DNA of 64,000 bases, taken from Octopus vulgaris. Lineage: Eukaryota. Below the pieces are notes generated by a model. That model saw nothing but the letters and a program-made list of their open reading frames with translations, had not been told where the DNA came from and did not search any database. This document shows positions 50,787 to 63,705 of the stretch, piece by piece. The DNA lies in the NCBI GenBank assembly GCA_951406725.2, contig OX597820.1:93558001-93622000 (forward strand), given 5' to 3'. The translations under genes and the position numbers were made by a program. Numbering within the stretch: position 1 is the first letter of the stretch; every line of letters begins with the position of its first letter.

Positions 50787-52798
50787 CTGAAAAAAGGAAA
50801 AAAAAAAATGATTAGAAGAAGACAAGTATTTTAGATTATGTAAATGGTTTGTCTTTTTAAACATGATACTGTATATGGCAGTAAAATCCAGAACAAGGAA
50901 TGTTTAAAGCTGAATCTTCTTTAGCTTGATAATAATAAGCAGAGTTAGTTTGGACTGATAGAAATGAGAAAGGCTAAGTAATGTAAGTGTTCAGTGGAGC
51001 AATTATGAATTAATATATTTGAGGATACCCATGTTGAAGGAGCAATGTGGAAGTCACATCTATTTACAATCAAATTTAGAAACCAAGTTTTCACTGAAAT
51101 ACTAGTATAAATTAAATGTTATTATCTTCATCGCCATTGTAACTTTCACTTTTCCATGCTTGCACGGATAAGATAAAACTTATTGAAGCAGATTTTCTGT
51201 GGCTGGATTCCCTACCTGTTGCCAACCCTCACCTGCTTCCAACCGAGCTAATATTTCTACTAGTTCTTTGAATATGAATAATATAATGTTTTCATAGAAG
51301 ATTGAAAATTAATGACAATACTTTTATGTATATTTCTGACTAGTGCATGGTGTCAAAGGAGATGCAAACACACACATATGCACAGCTCATATGTATATAA
51401 ATGATAGCCTTCCTTGAGTTTCTTTCAACAAAACCCACAAAAATTTGATCAACCCAGGGCTGTAGAAGTGGAAGATGCTTGCTTAAGATGCTGTGCAGCA
51501 GGACCTAACATGAAACCACATGGTTGTGGAGCGAACTTTTTAAACCACACAACAATGTCTGTGCTTATACAGCTTACAGTTTTATTTTAACCCTTTCTAT
51601 ATTAATAACTTGGAATTGCTGTATATGATGGGAATTTTGGCTGCCAAACTTAATCCCTGATCCCTACAAATACTTTTCTCTTCTAAGACATGTTTGGCAG
51701 TAAGAGAAAGAAGAAATAACATTATGGCTGGTAAACGGATGTAAGACAATAGTTTTGTTGACAGACCTGAGTGTCTACATCTGCTTGTGACTATATAGGC
51801 ACCTAAAACATTAAGTGAAAACGAGCATGCTACATGTTACCAAGTCAAATTAACTCAAAATTATTCAGGCTTCTTTATCAAATGCATTATCTATTCACAT
51901 TGTTTTGAATTAATCACACATTATCTTGTAGCTTCAAGATTTAAATGGTGTGGTTGTATATTTTTAGAATAATATTATAGGGTAGGTGTGAGAGGTTGGA
52001 TCTGGTCAGTTATAATATAAAACAGGTAGAATATTTAGGCCAGATATAGCTGGATTAAATGCTAAAGCATTAAGTAAAATGCACCACTAATATTTTACTT
52101 TCCATGCATAGCACATCCATAATTTTAGTTTGATTCCCAGAATGCCACAAGTCAAATAGATTGAGAAGCATTAATTTACAATATCCTCTGTTCAGAGTCG
52201 ATTATGATAATCACCAACCATTGTATGTTGGGTCTCTGTAAGTTAGTGTTGACCATGCAACTGTATGTGTGTGTGCAGGCTTGGGCAAGACTTTATGAGA
52301 AGGGCTAGAAGTTGCACGTGCATGCGAGACTGCCCTCTACATGCTACTGATATTTATTTAAAAGATAAACCAAGAATTTTGGCCTGTAGCTTGACACCAG
52401 TGACATTGCAGGCATTACTGTAGGAATGTAAACATCTGGAAAAAATAGCAAAAGACATCTTTTCCAAACCCTCTAATAGTTCTATTAATCCACCATCCTA
52501 GATGAGGATTTTTCTAATGGCTCTAAAAAGATGCATAATGGTTAGTTTGGTGGGATTTGAATTCAGTGCATAGTGAGTTGGAACAAATATTACAAAGCAT
52601 ACTTCTGATGCTCTAATGACTCTACCCATTCACTTCCATAGTAATGGTACTGGAGTTGACTGAGCCAACTTATATGTGGTCTTATAATCAGAATTAGAAC
52701 TGATGGCTGATAAGTTTCTTACTTAGACATTCAGGAATTATTTCAGAAACTAAGTCATGGGAATCAGAGTACAAAATTACACAGAAAGAGAGACTTAC

Positions 52799-52934
52799 CA
52801 TAATACTTAAGTTCAATGCAGTCTCCCTTCTTGAAGTCAGTGGAGAGAATGAATGTGCTGACCAATAATGGCATTACTCCAAGGGAGCTGGCAGCTACCC
52901 AGATCACGGCCAGGAAATAGGCAAGAAACAGCAC
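52799..52934 (-). CDS. M6: M6-family exon (TM3 and start of EC2 loop): VLFLAYFLAVIWVAASSLGVMPLLVSTFILSTDFKKGDCIELKYY(G)
   Basis: Acceptor tcatttacag and donor gtaagt; 136 bp, phase 0 to 1. The Y....W......P helix and CIELKYYG match the proteolipid motif C-x-D-x-R-Q-[FY]-G. Confidence 0.92.
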
Positions 52935-53529
52935 CTGTAAATGAATACAGAAATGAATAGAAGCATTCATTGGAAAGTATACTCAAGTACAGATAATTAC
53001 GGGCGTACAAAAAAGAAAAAGGCATCATCTTAATTTTAATTTGTATTCATTTACACACCAACATATATGTTTGTTTATTCACACACATATAAATATACTT
53101 ATACTTGTAAAGATATATATTTGAACCATCATACATGTACAAATATACACTTTAACCATCATACATATACAAATATACATTTGAACAATGACGCAGATAC
53201 AAATATACATACAAATATACAATGTACAATACACATCTGTACAATCACACATCTATAAATACACATCTGTTCAATCACACACGGACAATATACATTAGTA
53301 CTCACATACAAATATACATTTGTACACTCACAACCATGCATTTGTATAATTACATACGTACATACCAACTTACATATAAATATACTCAGCTTAGAAAGAA
53401 CAAATATGAGGTTATACAATAGTAGAATACAGACAGAAAACTCTTAATGATTAATTTACTAATTAAAAATTGATCATTTAAGATATTTAAAGACAGTTAA
53501 ATGACCAACAGAGTGGGAGTATAGTATAG

Positions 53530-53750
53530 GAGAGGGGGAGAGAGAGGAAGAGAGAGAGAGGAGGGGAGAGAGAGGAGGGGAGAGAGAGGAAGGGAGAGAG
53601 AGAGGAAGGGAGAGAGAGAGGAGGGGAGAGAGAGAAAGGGAGAGTGAGAAAGGGAGAGAGGGGGGAGGGAGGAAGGGGAGAGAGGGAGAGAGGAAGGGGA
53701 GAGAGAGGAAGGGAGGAAGGGAGAGAGGGAGGAAGGGAGAGAGAGAGGTG
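53530..53750 (+). repeat. Polypurine (GA-rich) tract
   Basis: About 220 bp of almost pure G/A. Confidence 0.9.
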
Positions 53751-54114
53751 GTTTTATATTAAGTTCTGAGAGGTTAAAGTACGCGGGAAATGTGAACAGG
53801 GTTTTTGTTGTAAAGGAGGTACATGGCTACATTGCATTATATAAAGATGGGTGTGGACAATTGGGGTAGAACCCTGAATGAGAAATTTTAAAAAATGGTG
53901 GTGATGAGATGTGGATGTACAAGAAGGTGAACAGAAGTTGCAAGAGTGTGTGCATGGAGAGTGAAAGATGGTTAGAGATGAGAGCAGGGATGAATATAGT
54001 GAATGATAAATAAGGGCAGAGGAGTGGTCAAAGGTAAATAAGAATTGGAGGAAAAGAGAAGAGAAGAGATGATGATGACGGAAAGCACAGAAAGTAGATC
54101 AAAAGAATAATAAT

Positions 54115-55083
54115 AATGCCCTGATGCACTACTGGAGGTGGAAATGCCCCGATGCCGCACCAGACAGTGGAAATGCCCCTGATGCCGTACCAGACAGTGC
54201 AAATGCCCCTGATGCCGTACCAGACAGTGCAAATGCCCCTGATGCCGTACCAGACAGTGCAAATGCCCCTGATGCCGTACCAGACAGTGCAAATGCCCCT
54301 GATGCCGTACCAGACAGTGCAAATGCCCCTGATGCCATACCAGACAGTGCAAATGCCCCTGATGCCGTACCAGACAGTGCAAATGCCCCTGATGCCGTAC
54401 CAGACAGTGCAAATGCCCCTGATGCCGTACCAGACAGTGCAAATGCCCCCGATGCCATCCCAGACTGTGGAAATGCCCCGATGCCGTACCAGACAGTGGA
54501 AATGCCCCAATGACGTACCAGACAGTGGAAATGCCCCGATGACATACCAGACTGTTAAAATGCCCCAATGCTGTATGAGACAGTGGAAATGCCTTGATGC
54601 CGTACCTGACAGTGGAAATGCCCCAATGACGTACCAGACAGTGGAAATGCCCCGATGACATACCAGACTGTTAAAATGCCCCAATGCTGTATGAGACAGT
54701 GGAAATGCCCTGATGTAGTACCAGACAGTGGATATGCCCTAATGTAGTACCAGACAGTGGATATGCCCTGATGTAGTACCAGACAGTGGATATGCCCTAA
54801 TGTAGTACCAGACAGTGGATATGCCCTGATGTAGTACCAGGACAGTGGATATGCCCTGATGTAGTACCAGACAGTGGATATGCCCTGATGTAGTACCAGA
54901 CAGTGGATATGCCCCTGATGTAGTACCAGGACAGTGGATATGCCCTGATGTAGTACCAGACAGTGGATATGCCCTGATGTAGTACCAGACAGTGGATATG
55001 CCCTGATGTAGTACCAGACAGTGGATATGCCCTGATGCAGTACCTGACAGTGGATATACCCTGATGCACTACCAGACAGTGGC
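54115..55083. repeat. 29-30 bp minisatellite (~33 units)
   Basis: Units GATGCCGTACCAGACAGTGCAAATGCCCCT (left block) and GATGTAGTACCAGACAGTGGATATGCCCT (right block), with no spacers. Confidence 0.95.
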
Positions 55084-55214
55084 TCACATGGCTTCTGTTC
55101 TTAACTGACTGGAAGTGTTATCATGTACATTGTTTTGTCTTGGTATAAAAGATGGGCTACAACAAATATTCTGCTCAATATCACATATTATGTTTTAGTT
55201 TATGGTTGCATATC

Positions 55215-55715
55215 AAAGCAGCCTTCTCTCTTGCACACTACATTTGATTCACCTTATGCTCAACTTTTCTCACTCTACTTGTACTTCAGTATTCATCCAC
55301 ACTGATGTTGCATGTCCTGCAGAGGATGCTAGCTTCATTTCTTTTGAGCCTTTATTAGTCTTCTGCATGCAAGACCCATGCCTCACTACCATGTAAGCAT
55401 TAAATTTCACACATAAGCATCATACACTGTCTTTCATTCTAAGAGAGAAAACTTTTCAATAACAACATAGGTAATAGCTATCTGAATTTTCTCTAGACTG
55501 TTCTTATTCTAGCAACTATACTTTCAGATCATTCTTCCTCAGTGCTAATTAGGTCACACTTGTAACAAAAGCTGTCTACTACTACCAAGAATCCAGTTGG
55601 GCATTTGAGAAAATTCATTTTCTGTGTGTCATTAGAGTTTATTGTACATGCACATCTGCCATGTACAAAGTCTACTTCCTCTGTTAACCTGTTTGTGATA
55701 CTGCTGCATCTGTAT
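55215..55715 (-). mobile_element. Decayed RTE LINE fragment (C-terminal region)
   Basis: Reverse-complement similarity to 47750-48210. Confidence 0.6.
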
Positions 55716-56499
55716 AGTTACATATATATATGCAAGCATATATGTGTTTCATGAAATATTTGATGGAGTCAATTGCCAGTTATTAAACATGAAACCATTG
55801 TCATCCATGAAGATGATCAGCTTCTCATGTACTGCTACACAAACATAGAACCCCACCCAAGTGCACGACAATATAGACCAAATCCCTGCATCCCAACCCT
55901 AACTCTTAGCTTTCATTTGCAGTACATTCTTTTCACTTCTTTATTTAACTACAAATGATATTTAATACACACATTTTTTGTGAGGAAATTCTAGCTTTGC
56001 TCATTAACGAATGAGTTAATTTGATATTCAAGTCTAGAAAAATTAATAAAATAAATTTAAAAAATAGCAATATCAATTTAGTATACATTTACTCTCAAAT
56101 TATATTGCTTAAATTATACATACACACAGATACAAACAAATATAAACACACACATACACATATATAAATATCTATCTATGCATACATGTATATGTACATG
56201 CGCACACACACACACGTATATTCAAACATATGCACACATGTACATCCATACTACAACCATTTAATATATAAATTTTGAAGAAAGGGGTAGAACAGACACG
56301 AGAGAGAGGGTGGGAGGGAGAGTATATATATATATATATATGTTTTTCGTTGAGTTCTACGTCTAGTTGTGGTGTCCTGTACTCACGTATATATATTTAT
56401 ATATGCATGTATATATACATATAGATGTAGGTACGTACATATATGTTTGTATGTATGCATATATTTTATTTATTACACTATATATATATATATATATAG

Positions 56500-56521
56500 A
56501 GGCAGGCAGGCAGACAGACAC

Positions 56522-56564
<43 letters not shown>

Positions 56565-56599
56565 GACAGACAGACAGATAGACAGACAGATAGATAGAC

Positions 56600-56650
<51 letters not shown>

Positions 56651-56707
56651 TAGACAGACAGATAGACAGACAGATAGACAGACAGATAGACAGACAGATA
56701 GACAGAC

Positions 56708-56762
<55 letters not shown>

Positions 56763-56820
56763 TAGAGAGATAGAGAGATAGAGAGATAGATAGATAGATA
56801 GATAGATAGACAGATAGAGT
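56500..56820 (+). repeat. (GACA/GATA)n microsatellite
   Basis: Read directly. Other long microsatellites lie at ~2060-2175, 2775-2920, 9030-10000, 14175-14345, 24080-24330, 27220-27590 and 61400-62100. Confidence 0.95.
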
Positions 56821-58359
56821 GGTACAGAGTGCAATGTTAGTAGCTGCAGTATAAAGGAGTGCATGTGAAGCAGTAAGAAATATGAGGAATGGAGTGTGGT
56901 AGTGGCAAATAGGAGGTGATGGTGGTGAGTAGTGGTAGGAGCTACAATGGGGGGGTGGATAGTGCAGTTAGTGACAACAGTGGTAGTAGCAGTAGTGTTG
57001 TTGTTGTTGTTGTTGGTGGTGGTGTTGGTGCAGGTGTTGGTAATTGTGGTGACAGTAATAGTAGTGATAGTGATGGTAGTAGTAGCAGTAGTAGTAGTAG
57101 CAGCAGCAGCAGTGCAATGAAGTGAGTAAAAGCTAAAGAATTCAGTGAAATAGTCAAAGTAGGTTAGAGAACAACTGTGTTCCAGTAAATTCCTTGGAAG
57201 AAGAGATTTATTTGACTTCAGAATCAATATTTCAGCTTTTCTTCTTCCTCCTCCTCCATTTGCAACTCTCTCTCTCTCTCTCTCCACCCCTCTCTCTCTC
57301 TCTCTCTCTCATCCATTCTTATCATTTCTCCCCTTACTCCCACTCATTCTCAATCACTCTTCTCACCACAATCCACATTAATACAGGAAGGCTCAGTCTG
57401 TTACATTTATTATCAACCTCTCCATCTTATTCTCTTTCTTTCCTCATTCTTTCTTTCCTTCTCTAACAACCCTCCCTCTCTTTCTTCTTACTTTTCTTAT
57501 ACCCCACTCCACCTCCCTTCCTGCTCATTCTCTTTCCCTTCACCCCTCTCACATGCATTCACCCCTCTCTCTCCTCCTCCTCCTCCTTTTGTCTATTCCT
57601 CTCATTTTATTCTTCACCCCGGCATATTCATTCCTTCCTTTTTTTCCTTTTCTCTCTCTCTCATAGTATTTAAAGGTGTGTGTGTGTGTGTGTGTGTATT
57701 TTCCAACACAGCGGTACACCATATACACAAGCACCTGTGCATACACACAATCAAGCACTCATGCATACATTTACATTCATATTAACAAACATGCATACAC
57801 ACACATGTATACAAGTATATGCACAAGTATATACACATGTTCGCAAAAATATTCCCATATAAGTCTACTTAGATATAAGCATATTAACATACAAATAGGT
57901 ATAAAGCACTGGTGCATATACAAAACCCATTAAATAAATACATAGGTCATCATTAAGATCATCCTTTTTATATCCATTTTCCCATGCTTGCAAGGGCAAG
58001 AGCATGCCTGTCAATATTGAAGTTTGTGATTCCCAGCATTTGATAGAAGGAAAGGCAATGGTTGCAAGCAGGCGCCATAGTAAAATCTCATAGATTAAAA
58101 CATGATACACACACACACAGACACACACAAACACTCCTTTCTTCTGTAGGCACAAGGTCTGAAAATTTGAGGGAGAGGATTGGTTGATCATATCAGCCCT
58201 GGTGTTCAACAGGGTACTTATTTTCCAACACAGTGACGCACCATATACACAAGCACCTGTGCATACATACATTCAAGCACTAATGCTACCACTGCTTGAC
58301 AACTGGTGTTGGTGAGTTTACATCCTTGTAACTTAAACAGTTTGGCAAGAAAGACCATA

Positions 58360-58521
58360 GGCACAGGAGTGGCTGTGTGGTAAGTAGCTTGTTTACCAAC
58401 CACATGGTTCCGGGTTCAGTCCCACTGCGTGGCACCTTGGGCAAGTGTCTTCTACTATAGCCTCGGGCCGACCAAATCCTTGTGAGTGGATTTGGTAGAC
58501 GGAAACTGAAAGAAGCCCGTC

Positions 58522-58577
<56 letters not shown>

Positions 58578-58790
58578 TTGTGTGTCTGTGTTTGTCCCCC
58601 TAGCATTGCTTGACAACTGATGCTGGTGTGTTTATGTCCCCGTTACTTAGCGGTTCGGCAAAAGAGACCGATAGAATAAGTACTGGGCTTACAAAGAATA
58701 AGTCTCGGGGTCGAGTTGCTCGATTAAAGGCGGTGCTCCAGCATAGCCGCAGTCAAATGACTGAAACAAGTAAAAGAGTAAAAGAGAGAG
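58360..58790 (+). mobile_element. Full-length OK-like SINE nested in an older copy of the same family
   Basis: Head GGCACAGGAGTGGCTGTGTGGTAAG...GGGTTCAGTCCC and tail GAAACAAGTAAAAGAG. The older host body lies at 58290-58359 and resumes at ~58795-58900. Confidence 0.88.
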
Positions 58791-58899
58791 AGAGAATAAG
58801 TACTAGGCTTTAAAAAACAAGTCCTAGTGTTGATTTGTACAACTAAAACTCAATGTGGTGCCCCAGCATGGTCGCTGTCAAATGACTGAAACAAGTAAA

Positions 58900-58938
<39 letters not shown>

Positions 58939-59279
58939 TAGATACAGCATGGCTGAGATAGGTCCAGGCAAGGCTATGTGGTCAAGAAATCTGTTTAACA
59001 ACAATGTGGTTTGGGGATTGATTCCATTGTGTGGAACTTTGGAAGTGTCTTCTACTATAACATCAGACAAATAATGTCTTGTTGTACCTGTATTTCAAGG
59101 AGCCAGTCTTGTCACATTCTGTGTTGTTGAATCTCCCTAACAACTACGTTAAGGGTATGCATGTCTGTGGAGTACTCAGCCACTTGCATGTTAATTTCAC
59201 AAGCAGGCTGCTCCATTGATCAAATAAACTGGAACATATTGTCATAGCTGATGAAGTCCCAGTGTATATAACAAATAAG

Positions 59280-60270
59280 CTTGAACTACTTTTCAACCTG
59301 CTCAATTATACCACAGGAAAAGAGTAATGAGATCTCCAAGAGGTTTGAGCAAGAGGTGTAGAGAAACCATGGTATAGTAGGAGGATGAAACTCAGCCAAT
59401 GAGGAGCCTGGAATAAGTCAATATACAGTACCAGAACACCTCTTTGTTGGATCTCTGATAAACTGTCATCCAGTGTAAAAAATTTCTAGTCCAAGCTGTC
59501 TAGAACATGTTACCAAGTCTGACAAATCTTCACACATGGGGTAGGAGTGAAGCACCTTCCTGTTCCTTGTGTACTGTAATAGGGTCCCTTCAACAGCTTC
59601 ACAGCAGCTAATCCAGGGCATTGACTGATGGTGACTACTAATGGTAACAAGATCAGATGCTCAAGATGTCATCGAGAGAGGTGGTATCAAGAGCTATTCA
59701 GTCCAGTAAACATCATGACAGGAAGGAGGCCATCACTTTTCTCAAAGCTGCAGAGAAACCTACTTCACTGAAACATCAATGACTATGCCTCCTTTCCTTA
59801 GCCTGAGATTGGCAGCTGAGTGTGGGGCTCATGGAACATTTATTTACATCAGAGCATATGATACCAACAACACTCCCCTGTCAGATATGGTGGTCATCTC
59901 AAATTTCCTGAACTAGGTAATCATGAGGGAAATGACTATGCCATGAGAAGTGCACATAGAGGAAGATCATGAAAGAAAGCTTGCCAAAAATCAGGAGCTG
60001 GTAGGGGAGTGTAGAAGTCAAGACTGTTGAGATTTTGTTGGGGAAAGATCTAATTGGGTTTGGTGTTACTGGTGCAGCAAAGACAAGAGCCATACATTGC
60101 ATCACCAAAACTGCAGAGGAGGCCACCAAAGGGGTCTGGATTAAAAGAATCAGACTGTTAGTTTGTTGCTATGGGGATGAAAGCTGGGGCAACTGGGTGA
60201 GAGATGTCTGATGTTGAAAACCCCAGATCCTCTAAGATCCCAGAATCATCACTGATGATTCAATCCAGGC
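59280..60270 (+). mobile_element. RLE-type (Hero/R2-group-like) non-LTR retrotransposon 3' relic
   Basis: Encodes MLPSLTNLHTWGRSEAPSCSLCTVIGSLQQLHSS (CCHC-knuckle region), DWQL, and HIEEDHERKLAKNQELVGECRSQ (after the PD..D/ExK nuclease), with many stops. Confidence 0.75.
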
Positions 60271-60310
60271 TATTAGGGAGGTCTATGTTAGAGCTATTTA
60301 AGATAAATGA

Positions 60311-60342
<32 letters not shown>

Positions 60343-62134
60343 TGTACATACATGCACATATTTAGTATGTATTTAATATAAATTTAATTATATATATATA
60401 ATTATATATATAATATAATACACATAATATATATGACAAAGCATAATATATATGCATGTAAAGTAATATATATATAATGTATGCATGCATTAGATATATA
60501 TTACACAATAGATATAGTGTGTGTGTGTGTGTGTGTGTATATACACACATATACACATATATTAAATATATTGCATAATATACATGCTCTTCCTCACTCT
60601 CATACATAAGTGTGTGTGTGTGTGTGTGTGTGTGTGAGTGTGTATGCCGATTAATGTGTGGAGACCAAATACGATGTAAATGTACCACTTATTGAACAGC
60701 TATCTATTAAATAAAGAAATAAAGTAACCAGGAGAAAGAGAATAAGGAAGAATAACAGAAAAACCCCACGAGAAGAGTAAATTGAATGAAAGAAAGAAAG
60801 AAAGAAAGAAGAAAAGCAAAGGCTGCACAATACACACACAGACAGACAAAAATTTAAAAATATATATATATATATATATATATTTATGTAAAAACATAAT
60901 GGAATTCCAAATGTAACAGCTCTATAGAGCCACTACCATTCTTACTTTATTCCATAAAGCTATTTTCCTTCCAACCCTGTACCCTATTTATCTATCATTA
61001 TATGTATTAAATTGTTCTTGTTACTCTTTGTGTTGCTGTTTGTTGTGGTTGTTGTTGTTGTTGTTGGAACTGTTTTTTTTGTTACCACTGCTATGATCAT
61101 CATTGTCATCATCATCTTCATCATCATTGTGGCCATTATTGTTGTTTTTGTTATTTATATTTTTTTTTGTAGTTTGTCTAAATGAATTCATTTCATACAA
61201 TTGACTTTCTATGAAGTGCAGAGAGAGAGAGAGAGAGAGAGGTGGAGGTAGAGAATGATACTGAAGAGAGATTTAAATATCTATATATTAGAGGCAACAC
61301 TTGATTATGAAGATGATGACGATTATGCGGACGTGTGTGTGAGAGGAGGAAACAGGAGATAATATTATGATGAGGTTAATGGTAGCAATTATGTGAACGG
61401 AGGTAGTGGTGGTGGTGGTGGTGGTGGTGGTGGTAAGGGATTTTGATGGTGAAGGAAATAAGGGATGATACTTGCAATGATGGTGGTGGTGGTGGTGGCA
61501 GTACTTGTAATAGCGATGGCAATGATGAAAATGATGGTGATAATGGTAATGTAGAAGGCTGTGAGAATAATGATGATGATGGTGGTAGTGAAATCGATGA
61601 TGGCTGTGGTGATGAAGAGTAGAATAATGGCAGTAGTGCTGGTGGTAGAGGCATTGGCAGTGTTGTTTGTGTTGTTGTCAGTAGTGGTATTGTTGTTGTT
61701 GATGGTGGAGTGTTGATGGCAATGGTATCATTGGTGATGTAAGTGTTAATGGTGTTGGTGGTATTGTTAGTGGTGATGTTGGTGGTAGTAGTGTTGTTGT
61801 GGTGATGGTAGTGTTGGTGTTGTTGTTGTTGTTAGTGGTAGGTTAGTGTTGGTGGTGTTTTTAGTGGTGATGATGGTGGTAGTAGTGTTGTTGTTGTTAG
61901 TGGTGGCAGAGGTGGTGATGTTGATGGTAGTGTTGGCAGTATTGATGTTGTTGTTGTTAGTGGTAGTGATGCTAGTGAAGGTGATGATGTTAGTGTTGGT
62001 GGTATTGTTAGTGGTAGTAGTTAGTGATGGTGTCTGTTGATGGTGGTGGTGGTGTTAGCAGAGGTGATGATGGAGGCAGTGATGGACAGTGTCAACAATG
62101 ATGATTGTGGTACTCTTGGCAATTGTGCTACTAT

Positions 62135-62370
62135 TTCTTATTTCTTAATTGCCCACAAGGGGCAAAAAATAGAGGAAACAAACAAGGACAGACAAAGGGA
62201 AGAAGTCGATTATATCGACCCCAGTGCATAACTGGCACTTAATTTATCAACCTCGAAAGGATGAAAGGCAAAGTCGACCTCGGCGGAATTTGAACTCAGA
62301 ACATAATGGCAGATGAAATACCGCAAATCATTTCGCCGAGCACGCTAACGTTTCTGCCAACTCACCACCT
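62135..62370 (-). mobile_element. OR-like SINE
   Basis: Reverse complement of 41507-41739. The flanking repeat AATTGTG.TACTATTTCTT occurs at ~62121 and ~62372. Confidence 0.85.
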
Positions 62371-62631
62371 TAATTGTGGTACTATTTCTTTCAGATAGAG
62401 TGCTCATATAGAGGCTCCCCACAATTCATGCACAACAGTATTAAACAGAAAAGGATTTTATTTTCCTTTTGGTTGGGAAGTCAGATTCAGACAATATTCC
62501 CAGTATATCTGGTATCAATTTGCACCAAATCAATTGGCCCAACAGGAATAGCCGAAACGACCAGCCAACCATGCCAGCATGGGAAACAGATGTCAAACAC
62601 TAATGATGAAGATCACAATTATGATGATGCA

Positions 62632-63003
62632 GGCACAGATGTGGTTGTGTAGTTGGAAGTTTGCTCCTAAACACATTGTTCCAGGTTCAGTCCCACTGTG
62701 TGGCACCTTGAGCAAGTGTCTTCTACTACAGCTTTGAGCTGACCAAAGCCTTGTGAATGGATTTGGTAGATAGAAACTGAAGGAAGCTCACTGTGTGCAT
62801 ATATACATGTGTGTGTGTGTTTTCCACACTGCTGTAGGTGTGTTTACATCCCTGTAATGTAGCAGTTTAGCAAAAGAGACTGATAAAATAAATACCAGTC
62901 TTTACAAAAACTAATAAAGTACAGGGGTTGATTCATTCAACTAAAATTCCACAAGGCGGCTCCAGCATGGTCGCAGTCTGATGACTGAAAGAAATAAAAG
63001 ATA
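62632..63003 (+). mobile_element. Diverged OK-like SINE
   Basis: Colinear with 58360-58790, with CpG decay. Confidence 0.75.
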
Positions 63004-63545
63004 AAATATATATTAAGCCAACTTCCATACAGTTTCTGTCTATAAAATCCCACTCACAAGATATTAGTCAGGCCTAGGTTATAATAGAAGACATTTACCC
63101 AAGGTGTCATGCAGTGAGATTGAACCCAGAGTCATGTTATTGGGAAGGAAACTTCTTAACCACATAGCCATGACAAACTATTTAACTTGTGAGATTGGTA
63201 GCATTATCATCATTCAAGGTCTGTTCTCTGTGCTGGTATAGGTTGGATGGTTTGGGAGGAGCTGGCCAGCTGAAGAGCTGTCTGGGATCCTTGTCTGTTT
63301 TGAAATGGTTTCTATGGCTGGATGCCCTTCCTAATGCTAACCACTCTACAGAGTGTTCAGGGTGCTTTTACATAGCACTGGGATGGGTGATTTTATGTGG
63401 GATCAGCACCTGCAAGCCTGCAAATTTAGGGTCGTTCAGCTGAAGAGGGGCAACTGGTAGCATGACTTCAAACTTATAACTGACAGTCCAGTTGATTAAA
63501 AAGAAATAATTAGGCAAGTATTAAAATGTAATTAAGTTAACTTAC

Positions 63546-63705
63546 AAAGACATTGAGTCCTCTGGCGCACATGTTCTTCTTGGATGTATTGAACACATAT
63601 CGATTAGTGGGATCAGATGAGAGGTGAGCAATGACAAGAAACAGTGTTCCCAGCACAAACATGATGACCACAACACCAATAACTGTGAACTCCATGAACC
63701 ACCAA
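63546..63705 (-). CDS. M6: M6/GPM6/PLP-family proteolipid, internal exon (TM2 and cytoplasmic loop): WWFMEFTVIGVVVIMFVLGTLFLVIAHLSSDPTNRYVFNTSKKNMCARGLNVF
   Basis: Acceptor ttttctattttcag and donor gtaagt. The 160-bp open exon (phase 2 to 0) splices in frame to 52934. A hydrophobic helix followed by K..C.R matches the GPM6A/DM20 TM2-loop region. Upstream exons lie outside the window. Confidence 0.9.

Noticed and set aside
54115-55083. CRISPR-like array, or a repetitive protein (ORFs of 129-229 aa such as PDAVPDSANA repeats)
   Set aside because: The units are contiguous with no unique spacers, no cas genes are present and the context is eukaryotic. The open frames arise because the 30-bp unit lacks stops, and they break at the 29-bp units.
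56478-57287. 269-aa ORF, and the many YI/HT/CV-rich ORFs elsewhere
   Set aside because: These are translations of microsatellites and low-complexity tracts, with no domains or splice support.
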